Positions 12,571 to 25,572 of a stretch of DNA of 64,000 nucleotides are shown here, piece by piece. Numbering within the stretch: position 1 is the stretch's first letter; each line of letters begins with the position of its first letter. The DNA is from Malacoraja senta (taxonomy: Eukaryota): assembly GCA_038087875.1 (NCBI GenBank), contig CM075987.1, positions 22,508,001-22,572,000 of the forward strand. Direction: 5' to 3'. The position numbers and the translations under genes are program-made. The notes below the pieces were generated by a model. That model made no database searches and was not told the DNA's origin. It saw nothing but the letters and a program-made list of their open reading frames with translations.

Positions 12571-12773
12571 TTTACAAATGAAAGCCTTTTTCCCGTTCAC
12601 CCTATTTGTATTAAAAATCTACTCTTGCAATTTTTTTCTAACCTTACTTTTGCAAGCCCTCTCTCTCCAAGAGAGATTGCCCTAATTCTGGTTTACCGTG
12701 TGCTCTCCCTGACAGCTTTGTCTATTAATCACTTGAGTATTTTCACTAGATTCCTTTGTTATTTCTCTCACAT

Positions 12774-13090
12774 TAGTTTAGTGTCGTGATACAGCGCGGA
12801 AACCGGCCCTTCGGCCCACCGAGTCCGCATGGTCCAGCGATCCCCGCACATTAACGTTATCCTACACACACTAGGGGCAATTTACACATACACCAGGCCA
12901 ATTAACCTACATACCTGTACGTCTTTGGAGTGTGGGAGGAAACCGAAGATCTCGGAGAAAACCCACGCGGTCACGGGGAGAACGTACGGACTCCATACAG
13001 ACAGCACCCGTAGTTGGGATCGAACCCGGGTCTCTGGCGCGGCAAGCGCTGTCAGGCAGCAACTCTACCCGCTGCGCCACCATGCCGCCC
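12774..13090 (-). mobile_element. tRNA-derived HE1/V-SINE-type SINE, near full length
   Basis: Minus strand gggcggcatggtggcgcagcgg (box A)...gggttcgatccc (box B)...ggtttcctcccacactccaaagac core...(taaac)n tail. Confidence 0.88.
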
Positions 13091-13365
13091 CAAAGTTCCC
13101 GCTTTACTGAGTTTTCTGATGAAGTGTTCAGCCACTCTGTCATTCCCTTTCTCCGTATACCATGCTCCAGTGAAAGGTGTGGAGTAACCCACTGTGCTCT
13201 GTATGCATTTCCCAATCAGAATGAGAAAGATCAGATAATTCCCCTGACAGTCTTTTACCTGAAAATAACTCAGCTCTTGGTGACAAGGATTGATTTTAAC
13301 ATATGATTTGTGTCTCAGGGAAGTCTAATAGAAAACTACCCTGACCGTTATTGTGAGAGATTTCC

Positions 13366-13671
13366 TTTAGATTAGTTTGGTGACACAGTGCTGAAACAGG
13401 CCCTTCGGCCTACCGAGTCGGCGCCAACCAGCGATTCCTGTACACTAACACCGTCCTACACACTAGGGACAATTTTTACAATTTCTACCCATTTTTACCG
13501 AAACCGATTAACCTACAAACCTGCACGTCTTTGGAATGTGGGAGGAGACTGGAGCACCCAGAGAAAAGCACGTGGTCACGGGGATAACATACAAACTCCA
13601 TACAGACAGCACCTGTAGTCAGGATTGAACTCGGGTCTCTGGCGCTGTAAGGCTGCACCACAATGCCACCC
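13366..13671 (-). mobile_element. HE1/V-SINE-type SINE
   Basis: Same head, core and tail as 12774-13090. Further partial minus copies at ~5966-6085, 9215-9385, 15180-15545, 20481-21018 and 43310-43420. Confidence 0.82.
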
Positions 13672-14227
13672 TAAATGGAAGAGGTTCCATCATGGGTTTT
13701 GTTTGTTGTGGTTTATTGATTTACTGTTATGGGAAAATGGACTCTGTTGACAGATTGGTCTAGTGCCCGGTTTAAAGACTCCGTTTGCTGAGTCAACCGA
13801 TGTTCTTTGCCCGAACTCCAACTCATTACCTGACACCAAGGTTCAACACTCTACTCACTTGTGTCACCCCCCTAGAATGTTTATATGGTATAAATCTTGT
13901 GTGTAAAATCCATCCTCGTCACTTCGAGCTACAGCGATTTCAGGCAGGATTGGCAGGGGAATTGCCAGGTCACTGCCGTTCCGATTGGGAAATGCATACG
14001 GACTGCAGTGAGCTGTAATCAGGAGGGGAAAAAAAGCTAATATTTACATTTCTATGGAGACACAAGAGAGTGCAGATGCCCGAATCTGAAGCAACAATCA
14101 ATCTGCTGGAGGAAGTCAGCGACTCGCTGGGTCGAGCTCTGCATCAGTGAGGGGAAGGGAATGGTTTCACATTTCAAGTCAAAACCCTGTACTAGTCCTA
14201 ATGCAGGGTTTAGACCCAAAGCGTTGA

Positions 14228-14740
14228 CTATTCTTGCCATAGAGGGAGTAAAGGGAAGGTTCACCAGACTGATTCCTGGGATGGCAGGACTTTCATATGA
14301 AGAAAGACTGGATAGACTCGGCTTGTACTCGCTAGAATTTAGAAGATTGACAGGGGATCTTATAGAAACTTACAAAATTCTTATGGGGTTGGACAGGCTG
14401 GATGCAGGAAGATTGTTCCCGATGTTGGGGAAGTCCAGGACAAGGGGTCACAGTTTAAGGATAAGGCCGTCTTTTAGGACCGAGCTGAGAAAAACATTTT
14501 TCACACAGAGAGTGGTGAATCTGTGGAATTCTCTGCCACAGAAGGTAGTTGAGGCCAGTTCATTGGCTATATTTAAGAGGGAGTTAGATGTGGCCCTTGT
14601 GGCTAAAGGGATCAGGGGGTATGGAGAGAAGGCAGGTACAGGATACTGAGTTGGATGATCAGCCATGATCATATTGAATGACGGTGCAGGCTCGAAGGGC
14701 CGAATGGCCTACTCCTGCACCTATTTTCTATGTTTCTGTT
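14228..14740 (+). mobile_element. CR1 LINE 3' fragment inserted into a Penelope-end element
   Basis: ILAIEGVKGRFTRLIPGMAGLSYEERLDRLGLYSLEFRRL...; nearly identical to 28135-28637. Confidence 0.9.
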
Positions 14741-15069
14741 CCTTCCCCATTCTCCCCCCTCAGATGATGATGAACCAACTGAGCTCCTCCAACAGATTGT
14801 TTGTTGCTTACATTCCTACAGCACCTTTTACCAATCCCAAAATGTGTCAAGGGCAATTACCGTAATACTTTTGAACAGTACACTGAGGCATCAAGGTGGT
14901 CCGGCAACAGAGTGGATGGAGCATAATAGAGAAGGTCTCGGACAAGGAATGGAAATTTCCACCTATCACCCAATGTGAAGAGCCAAAACTCACCCGAAGA
15001 GTACAGTTTGGGAGATGGAGCATGGAAACAAGCTTGTCCGCTTGCTGAGTCCATGGTGAACATCCAACA

Positions 15070-15165
15070 GTCTGAAGAAGGGTCTCGACCCGAAACGTCG
15101 CCCATTCCTTCTCTCCAGAGATGCTGCCTGTCCCGCTGAGTTACTCCAGCTTTTTATGTCTACCC
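15070..15165 (+). mobile_element. 96-bp Penelope-end insertion with hammerhead-like motif
   Basis: 13-bp TSD tgaacatccaaca (15057-15069 / 15166-15178); gtCTGAAGAagggtctcgacccGAAAcgtc. Confidence 0.8.
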
Positions 15166-16529
15166 TGAACATCCAACACCCAGTTCTATTCTAATCCTAC
15201 ACTAACCCATTTTACCCTCTCTGCAACTCCACATTATGTGTCTCACCTACACAATTGGGGCAGTTAACCTATCAACCCAGGCTCACAAAGGACTGCAGAT
15301 GTTGGAATCTTGAGCAAACCGCAAGGTGCTGGAGTAACTCAGCGGGTCAGGGAGCAGGAGCATCTGTGGAGGGAATGGATGGGCGCTGTTTTGAGTGGGG
15401 ACCCATATGTCTTTGGGATGTGCGAGGAAACCTATGCAACCACAAGGAAAATGTCTGGACTGCACACGCACAGCAATAGAGATCAGGATCAAACCCAGGT
15501 CTCTGGAGCTGTGAGGCAGCAGCTCTAACAGCTGTACCACCCTGCTGCTCAATAGTTGGATAAATGCAGAGAGATTTTATTACAGTGGGGTTGGTTAAGA
15601 ATTCCCCTGCTCTTGAACACTATACAACACTAACCTCAACTATCAACATCTATGGACTCATTTTGATTGCACTTAGGACTTTGGGTTGTTTCTGTGATAT
15701 TGTGGTTATGAATTTATAGATTTTTTTGTTAATTATATATTATCTTATTATATATATATTGTGTATTATGTATTGTATTTAGAGGCCTGATTTGTTGCTG
15801 CAAGTAAAAATGTAATTGTTCTGTTAATATATATGACAATTAAACACGCTTGACTCTGATTAAATAATATCATAGAATCATTTTTATCCACCTGAGAAAA
15901 TAGACAGTGCCTCCATTTTCTCAGAGAAACAGCACTAACCTACCGAACAGTGTTCCTACAGCAATGTTAAGCTCCCTCAGCAGCACACTGGAGAACATCA
16001 GGCTGGATTAAAGGACTCAAGCCCCTGGCGTCAGACGTCCCCCATAATCTTCGAACTCAGGCAAGAATACTACTCTCTAAATCAGCATCATCGCCGTTGC
16101 ATGTGTGAAGCGAGTGGATAAATCTGGAAGGACTCAAACACTTTGGTTACACAGTTATTTTCTGTGAGGGATTCTTGACGTATTCTAAAAGAATGAGTTG
16201 AAACCAGATAGCTTGAGGGTTGTAATGGGTTCAGTATGTGGCATATGTGGAGCCAGACACTGGAGACACAGTCTGGGTGGGTTAAAGCCAATCGCAGAAC
16301 AAGCCCTTCAACTGTTTTAAAGATTCCAGTTTACGAGGGATATTGATAACAAGAAACTCTTTCCATCGGCAGGAAGATCAATAAAAGAAGCTTCAGGATA
16401 AAGATCAATCAGATCCTCAGGAAAATGCCTAACATGAGGTGGTAAAAGAATTGTGGGTGTGTGTGGGGGCTGTGGGGAGAAAGGAGCCATTTTGTTCACG
16501 CAGTCAAACATGTTCTAGAAGCTGAGCCT

Positions 16530-17240
16530 TTATAAGGCGCTGGTCAGGCCATATTTGAGATACTGTGAGCAGTTTTGGGTCTCATATCTGAAGAAGGATG
16601 TGCTGGCATTGGAGAGGGTCCATAGGAGGTTTATGAAAAGGATGCTTTCAAGAGAGAGCTAGATAGGGCTCTTAAAAATAGCGGAGTCAGGGGATATGGG
16701 GAGAAGGCAGGAGACATTGAATGGCGGTGCTGGCTCGAAGGGCTGAATGGCCTACTCCTGCACCTATTGTCTATTGTCTATCCTGTGGTTAATTGGGGTA
16801 ATATATAAGGAGCATTTGAAGGCTCTGTGACTGTACTCACTTGGAGTTTAGAAGGATGAGGGGGGGGATCACATTGAAATCTACCAAATAATGAAAGGTC
16901 TAGATAGAATGGATATAGGGAGGATATTTCCAGTATGGGGTGAGTCTAGGACCAGAGGGAATAACCTCAGAATAAAAGGAAGTACAATGGAGATGAGGAG
17001 GAATTTCTTTAGCCACTGGGTGGTGAATCTGTGGAATTCATTGCCAAAGGCGGCTGTGGAGGCAAAGTCATTGGGTATTTTTAAAGGTAGTTTGATAGGT
17101 TCTTGATTAGTAAGGGTGCCAAGTTACAGGGAGAAGGCAGGAGAATGGGGTTGAGAGGGGAAAATAAATCAGCCATGATCAAATGGTGGAGCAGACTCGA
17201 TGGTTCGAATGGCCTAATTCTGCTTCTATGTCTTATGGTC
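16530..17240 (+). mobile_element. CR1 LINE 3' fragment with a second CR1 3' end nested at ~16640-16780
   Basis: YKALVRPYL..CEQFW region, interrupted by a different subfamily tail, then MKGLDRMD..ESRTRGNNLRIKG. Confidence 0.8.
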
Positions 17241-18075
17241 TTATTGAATACATTGCTGGAATGGATGTAGAAGCTCATTAAATACATACTGAATACAGAA
17301 CAAAGTAGGGAAAGGGGAGTGGGCTGTTTTCAAAGTAACAGCACAGATATGTTAGACTGAATGGCCTCGTTCTCTATCCTATAGGTCTCTGATCCCACTT
17401 AGTGCATGTCAGGAATAAATGACCCCAATCATTGAATCTGATCAATGAATGTGAGCTAATTCTTGATCTGGAAAACCAGGAATTGTCGCTAGTATCATGT
17501 ACCCTGCAAATAATTTTCATTGAATGTAGAGAGTAATTTTGAAATGGCCCAGTATGTTCAGCAGCCAATAAAACACAGGACATTTGTAATTGCCGTAATG
17601 AGTTGCATGAAAATCAAAATCACATACACATACACTTATTTGTTTTCTTTGTAGCACATGAGTTAGGTCTTGTATGCATTAACATTCTAGGGACAGGAAC
17701 CCATAATTCAAGCTGACACATTCTATGTAGTATTGAGGGAGTGGTCCATGGTCAGTCTTGTCTATCACATGAACTGTGGCTCCATCAACCTCTCACACGG
17801 ATGGTAATGCCTCATGACAAACCTTCCCCTGAGGTTCTGACCAATGTTTATTCCTAAATCACCATAACTAAAATGCATTAACTGGTTGTTACTATTTGCA
17901 ACATGTAAATTGACAGTCAGATTTCCTACAGTGCTGGTCACTTCTCAGAATTATCTGACCACAAAACATATTTTGGATCGGTCTTTGTTCACAAAAGGTG
18001 TTTGAAGTTCAATCTTTCATTCTGTGTTTTTATACCATTTTAAAGAGGCTCTGAATACTTTATACCTGTCACTGC

Positions 18076-18543
18076 CGTGGTCTGCATTTATAGAATTATT
18101 ACAAACATAGGGTGCAAAAGTACTTAAAAAAAAAAAAAAATTGAGGTCAGGTAAGGGGGGATGATAGTTGAAGAGTTGGTATGTCCTATTTACGTAATAC
18201 TCAAAAAAAAAAAAAAAATTTTTTTTTTTTTTTTTTTCTTTTCCTCTCTTTCTCTTTTTTTTCCTAGGGCCTATCTCTTAACTCTTTTTTTTTTTAGTTT
18301 TTAATTTCGCTCTTATAGGGTCTTCGTCCTTTTTTGTTGTTACATTTTCTACACTTTTCTACACTTTCACTTTTTCCTTCACTTTCTTCTTTCTTTCAAT
18401 CTTTTCCTTTTCTAGTGTAAAAAAAAAAAATAAAGGGAGTACATTAATTGTAAGAAGATACAAATGACGAGTATTAATGTATGTGGTTGTAATGTAATGT
18501 ACTTCTAATAAATAAAAATAAAAAAAATAAAAAAGAAAAAGAA
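18076..18543 (+). mobile_element. L1/Tx1-like LINE 3' end with poly(A) tail
   Basis: Perfect 14-bp TSD atacctgtcactgc (18062-18075 / 18544-18557). Begins with an ORF2-like C-terminus WSAFIELLQT*, then a T-rich 3' UTR, aataaa and an A-rich tail. Confidence 0.78.
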
Positions 18544-18741
18544 ATACCTGTCACTGCAATACAAGACATTAAAACCAATCCAATAAAATAAATTTCAAGT
18601 GCAGAGGGTGGGAACATAAGCATAGAAACATAGAAAAATAGGTGCAGGAGTACGGCCGTTCGTGCCAACACCGCCATTCAATATGATCATGGCTGATCAT
18701 ATAAAATCAGTACCCCGTTCCTGTTTTTTCCCCAAATCCCT

Positions 18742-20143
18742 TGACTGGAGCAGGTTATTTGAAGGGAAAGGAACATCGGCCAAGTGGGACGTTTTTAAAA
18801 GTGTGCTGACGATAGCTCAGGATATGTACATCCCCGTTGGAGTGAAGGGCAAAGCAGGCTAACGTAAGGAAACTTGGCTGACAATGGAAATTGAGGTGTT
18901 GGTCAAAAACAAGAAGGATGCATGGGACAGGTATAGGCAGCTGGGATCAAGTGTATCCCTGGAGGAGTTTCGGTAGCTAAGGAGTAAACTGAAAAAGGAG
19001 ATCATAAGGTCAAAAAGGGGCCAGGAGATAGCTCTGGTGGGTAGCATTAAGGACAATCCCAAAATGTTTTATAAATATATGGGGGGAAATGGTAACTAGA
19101 GAGAGTGGGACCTCTCAGGAATCAAAGGGCTCACCTCCGTGTGGAGTCACAGCAGATGGGCAAGGTCCTCAATGAGTATGTCTCCTCTGTATTTACCGAG
19201 GAGAAAGACAATAGGAAAGAGGAACTTGGGGCAGTCAATGGAAGCGTCTTGCGAGCAGTCAGTGTTACCATCGAAGAAGTACTGAAGGTACTGCCATGTA
19301 TGAGGGTAGACAAATCTTCAGGGCCTGATCAGATAAATCCTAGGACATTGCGAGAAACTAGAGAGGAATTTGCGGGAGCCCTGGTTGAAATTTACGAGTC
19401 GTCCTTAAATACAGGAGAGGTGCCGGAAGACTGGAGGGTGGCAAATGTTGTGCCTCTTTTCAAGAAGGGCTGCAGGGAAAATGCTGGGAACTATAGGTCG
19501 TTGAGCTTAACATCTGTAGTTGGAAAGTTACGAGAGAGTATTCTAAGGGATAGGTTATACGGGCATTTGGATGGGCAAGGGCTGATTAGGGATAGTCAGC
19601 ATGGTTTTGTACATGGGGGGTCGTGTCTCATAAAATCTGATTGTTTTTTTGAAGACGTGACCAAAAAAGTTGATGAGGGCAGAGCTGCAGATGTTGTGTA
19701 CATGGATTTCAGTAAGGCATTCGACAAGGTTCCGCATGGTAGGCTGTTCAGAAAGGTTAGATTGCATGGGATCCAAGGAGAGATAGCTGAATGGATAGAA
19801 AATTAGCTCCATGGAAAGAAGCAGCGGGTGATGGTGGAAGGTTGCTTCACGGACTGGAGGCCTGTGACTAGTGGTGTGCCTCAAGGTTCGGTGCTGGGCC
19901 CATTACTGTTTGTCATCTACATCAACGATTTGGATGAGAACGTACCAAGTCTGCTGAGGATACAAAAGTGAGTGGTTTTGCAGATAATGAAGATGGCTGT
20001 GAAAGAATGCAGCAGGATCTGGATCGATTGGCCAGGTGGGCGGTGGAATGGGTGATGGAATTTAATACAGAGAAGTGTGAGGTGTTGCATTTTGGGACCT
20101 CGAACAAGGGCAGGACCTATACAGTAAATGGTAGGCCTCTGGC
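18742..20143 (+). mobile_element. CR1 ORF2 internal fragment (RT domain, decayed)
   Basis: [42 protein letters not shown]; stops and frameshifts. Flanked by minus-strand CR1 pieces (18620-18745, 20145-20445). Confidence 0.9.
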
Positions 20144-21497
20144 TAGTCTATAATTCCCCATTTTCTCTCTCCCTCCTTTCTTAAAAAGTGGAGTTACATT
20201 AGTTACCCTCCAGTCCATTGGAACTGATCCAGAGTCTATAGAACATTGGAAAATGTTCCCCAATGCAACATGATTTCGAGGGCCACCTCCTTGAGTACTC
20301 TGGGATGCAGAACATCAGGCCCTGGGGATTTACCTGCCTTCAGTCCCAACAGTTTACCGAACACCATTTCCTGACTAATGTCGATTCCCTTCAGTTCCTC
20401 CCTGCCACTAGATCATCGGTCCCCTAGTATTCCTGGGGATTATTTTGAGAGAACAAGTAAGAGTAAACTAATGGAACTAAATTTAGTTTAGAGATACAGC
20501 ATGGAAACAGTGCCTAGGGCCTTGGAGTCCATGCCGACCATCAATCACACGATTCACACTAGATCAATGTTATCCCACTTTCTTATGGTCTCCCTACACA
20601 CAAGTGCCAATTTACAGAGATCAATGAACCTTTAGTCAGAGGGTGGTGCATCTGTGGAATTCTTAACGGAGGCCAAGTCAATGGATTTTTTAAGGCAGAG
20701 ATAGATTCTTGATTAGTACTGGTGTGTCAGGGTTTATGGGGAGAAGGCAGGAGAATGGGGTTAGGAGGGTGAGATAGATCAGCCACGATTGAATGGCAGA
20801 GTAGACGATGGGCCAAATGACCTAAGTCTGTTCCTATCACTTATGATCTTATGAATCTACAACCCCGCACGACTTTGGGATGTGGGAGGAAACCGGAGCA
20901 CCTGGAGGAAACGCAAGCAGTCATAGGGAGAATGTGCAAACTCTACACAGACAGCACCCGAGGTCAGGATCGAACCAGGGTCCCTGGCACTGTGAGGCAT
21001 CAGCTTTACCGCTGTGCTGCTCTTTGCGGGTTTCATATTTCACACCTCGTCTCTTCTTATCTCTCAACTTTGTCCACCCATCTGCCAATCAAACTCCCTC
21101 ACCTGTATCCACCCTATCACTTGCACGCTTTGTCCTGCTCCCATCTCAGGGAGTTTGATTCATTACAATCAGTTTGAAGAAAGGTCCCGACCCGAAAATT
21201 TGACTTATCCATGTCCTCCAGATATGCTACCTGTTCTGCTGAATTACTCCTGCACTTTGTATCTTTTTCTGGCTTCCAAAGACTGGTGAACTCACCTCGA
21301 GATGGGTACAAATTGCTGGAATAACTTAGCGGGTCAGGCAGCATCTCTGGAGAAAAACGACAGGTGACTTTTCAGGTCCTGACCTTTTTCTCAAGAGATG
21401 CTGCCTGACATGCTGAGTTACTCCAGCACTTTGTGTCTATCTTGATTATAAACCAACATATGCAGCTCACCTCAATTCTGGGTCAGCAAGGTGATTA

Positions 21498-21511
21498 CTG
21501 CCCTCTTGTGG
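21498..21511 (-). promoter_or_regulatory. Candidate CTCF motif
   Basis: Minus strand CCACAAGAGGGCAG, one mismatch to the CCASYAGRKGGCRS consensus. Motif only. Confidence 0.3.
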
Positions 21512-24500
21512 TGACATAAATGGGCGGCTGGAATTAAGTGAATATCTGAATTGGGCAATGCAATAGAATGAAGCACCAGATATATGTACATGCAGAACTT
21601 CTAGTCAAGTTTGCATGTTGGAATGATCTGCTTTTCCTGGAGGATTAAGAAGTGGGTCCCAAGATTCCATGAAATGAAATTCTCATGATTATGTTCAAAA
21701 TATGGATGTTGTTGTTAGGAAGTTAGCATCTCAGAATTTGGGAATAGAAGGCAACCCTTCAGTCCAGATTGCACCACCAGCTGGATGTAGCTGATATATA
21801 TTTCAACTACATGTACCTACTTTAGCTATGAGCCCTCAGTGACTTTAACCTCAATCATGTTTTTGAATACAGTATTTCAATATGTCTTCAACACCAATTA
21901 TGTTGCTGTGGTGGTTCAAATAAAGAATTGCAGATTGCCACAGGTCTTTTTGTTCGAAAATACTGTGTGTTATTTTATTCCTGAAAATCTCCCTGTATGC
22001 CACCAGGACCTGATACCTCAAATTGTTCCAAATTGTTTCATATTATTTTCAACTATTGCAAAGAAATTTGGCAGCCAATTTGTATATGCACTATCGGTAC
22101 ATAATGGTTTGAATTCAATGTTTGCTTTTGTAACATCACAGCCATTTATATCACACAATTGATTGGAACAAAATTGCAGGACCAAGCATGATGGCAAAAT
22201 TCATGAAGTCTATCCAGTTATTTTACAAAGTTATTCAAATATGTTGATCGAATTTGTGTATGTAGTTCATATTTGAGCTTTGCGCATTGCTGATATTTTA
22301 GTCCCCTGACAGCGAGCAGCCTTAACCACTGGCATCTATGTGATGAAGGTGATCAATCCCAGAAAGGCATCAGACGTGGGAGGTCTGGATGTTTCCATAA
22401 TTTCAACCTAGCCACATTGAAGGAATAGATCTTATTCAGGATGAATTGTGCAACTTAAATAGGAGCCTGGATGCAATGATGGTTGAGACTTGCTTGAATA
22501 GACCTCCACTAATTTTAGAATCAGCTCAGCGAGGCATTACACTCGTATCAGTCTGGTTGAAATAAAAACTCAACTAGTTATCAGCCAAATGCTAGGAATG
22601 CTTTTTGCAAAGCAAAATTAGGTTGGCAAAAGACCAGAATCCATTTGCAGTTGCTATGCAGCTGTTTCTAATGAGAATGGTGCATAGTCCTACTCCCCAC
22701 CACCCAATCAATCCTGGACCTCCCTCTCTACACACCCTGCCCAATATCTTTGATGAGTCTCCAACAGCTGGTTTAAACCACTTTACATCTGCACAGAAAA
22801 TGATTTTCAACCACTTTCTCAGTAACCTGGATGGCATAAGAGAGAATCAGATAGAACTGTGCAGATGATTCACTTAAATTGTATCACACTTCAACCAAGA
22901 CAAAAACCAAACATGTACGGGCTGTTGTTAATCTCAACCCTGTTACAAAGAAACACTGCCTTCATCTTCAAAACCACTTGACAGTTCAGCAACCCCACTT
23001 TGATTTTTTTTAGGCAAACCTCAAGCTTTTAATACTAGTCTATTCTTCATGCAGCTCACAATTCCTGCAGGAAATGAGAGAACTAAAAATAGGCTTTGTG
23101 TTCTTTCCAAAGGTTCCAAAAAGCGTTTAAAAAAGAAAATGAACAGAAAATTCAGCCTGCCTATATACTTGGGAGTGGCTAATAATTATGTGTAGTGGGC
23201 ACCTCGAAACAATTTGAATTTCCAAGTCGCTAAACTTAATTAAATATTTCAAGGAGTTTCATGGGGGCATTGTCACGCAATATTTGAGAAGTCAAAGAAA
23301 TTAAGTTAGGTACTAAAAACCTGGACGAGATTAGGAATGGGATTCTAGAGTTCCCAGAATGGTCACCACCAGCAGCAGAGGGACAAAAATAAGAAACAAA
23401 CAAGAATCCATTATTGGGGTGCATTTGGTGATCATATAGATGGGGGTGATAGAACAAGGGTTTTTCCAAAGATGGGACTTTTAAAATAAAGTTACTTCAA
23501 GAGCATGAGCCAATTTGTCAATGAGCACATTAAGAGTTTTGGATGAGTTCTGGAAGAGTTTTGTTGTTCATTGCTTTCTGTTATTTTTATTTAATTCACC
23601 AAATGTCAACTACTCCTCCCCTGACATTACTGCCAAGCCACTGCAGCAATGTTGTGGAATGACCGGACAATGATCTGGTTTGGACATACATCTATGCCTG
23701 TTCAACACTGGGACAAAGTTGCTAACTTTCTGACCAAATACATATGTTGTGAAAGCACAATGAAGATTGCATTGGTTTGCAAAGACCTAACCACCACCTT
23801 ATGAAGAGCAGTGGGCGATAAATGCAGCAAACCTCATGTCTAGAGTGATCAAAATCACATACAGGAATGAGGAAGGCCATTAGCTACAGAAGTCTGTAAA
23901 TTTACTAGCTCTTCATTGAATTTGTACCTTAAGTTGCTGCATTTTCCTTGATACAACTTAAAACATCCACTCCCAAAAGAAAAGTCTATTGATCTTGCAT
24001 TAAAGGCCAGAATCCAGATTGTGCAAGTTCTATATTTTCCAGTCACATCAAGGATTTTGATTGACAAAGCAGGTTGGTGATGTCTACTGCCAATTGGATG
24101 AAGTGCTTCATTTCTAAATGGCCTGTAATTTAAAGTAGTCACCTTGAAATACTGTGGAGCATGCAATGAAGGTTATCCACAGCATTGTTGAGATAAGGAG
24201 CTCCAGGATCTCTTACACTGTTTTAATACATTTCTGGGATTTCTAACTCTCCTAAGCAGGATATTCTACAATAATCTGATTTGCTCCTTTGATCAATTTA
24301 CCTGAACAGCCCAATTTGAAGAATTAAATATTAGCCAGGATACCATAATAACTCCCATGAAATACAAAATATGGATGTTGGCTTTTTGGGCAAGTTAGAA
24401 TGCATTATGATTTAATATCTATTCCTTTTTTTTCAGTAGTCCTAACATAAAAAAAGAGAGAACTCCATCTTGACTTCATGCAAACAGATGCAGAGAATGG

Positions 24501-24614
24501 GATAAATCTTTGACCAAAGAGTTTGGGTAATATAAACAAAGTTAGCAGAACAGAGACAAAGTTGAGAAGGCAAAGATGTAGCCTCAGCTAAATGTGCAAA
24601 CAACAATTATATTT

Positions 24615-25050
24615 TAAGACCATAACACATAGGAGCAGAATTAGGCCATTCAGCCCATCAAGTCTACTCCACCATTCAATGATGGCTGCTATTTTTCCCC
24701 TCTCAACCCCTTCTTTTGCCATCTCCCCATGGCCTTTGATGCCTTTCCTAATCAAGAACCTATCACTCAGCCTTAAAAATACTCAATGTTTTGGCCTCCA
24801 CAGTAGTCCGTGGCAATGAATTCCAGATACACCACCCTCTGGCTAAAGATATTCTTCCTCATCTCCATTCTGCAGTTATATCATTTTATTCTGAGGCATA
24901 CCCACTCTATCTAGGCCTTTCATTATCCAGTAGGTTTCAATGAGATCCCCCCCCCCCCCCCCCCTCATCCTTCTAAACTCCAGCGAGTACAGGCCCAGAA
25001 CTTTCAAACATTCTACATATGTTAATCCAATCATTGCTGGGATCATGGAC
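24615..25050 (-). mobile_element. CR1 LINE 3' fragment
   Basis: Reverse complement of the CR1 tail (cataggagcagaattaggccattc...cttctaaactccagcgagtacagg). Confidence 0.8.
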
Positions 25051-25572
25051 TCCTTTAACTTTGATTCACATTAACTTGGCCAGAGCAATGTGATTGGACA
25101 GAAGGCTTGCAGGATGGCTCACTATGACTTGTTATTCCAACATCAGGGAACGTTCAAAGATATTTGGAGCCAAGGAATGTTATTATTTGCATTCATATAA
25201 CAGGAGTTTAAATGATTCACCACTAAATCACACTATATAAAGTAGTGTGAATCACATTTAGAGTTCTAATTGCCAGACTAAACGTCCATTAATGTGTCGG
25301 TAACCACCAAACAATCCTTTGAAAATGTCCAAATGACAGGACAAACAGGCCCTTGGTCTTATCTGAAAGTTCATTTGTATCACAAAGCAGCACCCCTTCA
25401 GCATTGCTTTGGCAGGTCATCCTGAACTATGGCCAGAGATGAGACAAGAAGTTTATGTTTAATAGTCAGGGAGTTGAAGAGACTATAAACAAACAAGCTT
25501 GGCATTGGAGAAACATACTTCATTACAGGCAAGTACTCAAGAGAAGATTCTGCTGTCACCAACAGGTCTGTA

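Noticed and set aside
12774..13090. tRNA genes suggested by A/B boxes
   Set aside because: They are SINE heads followed by the V core and LINE-derived tail; no complete cloverleaf.
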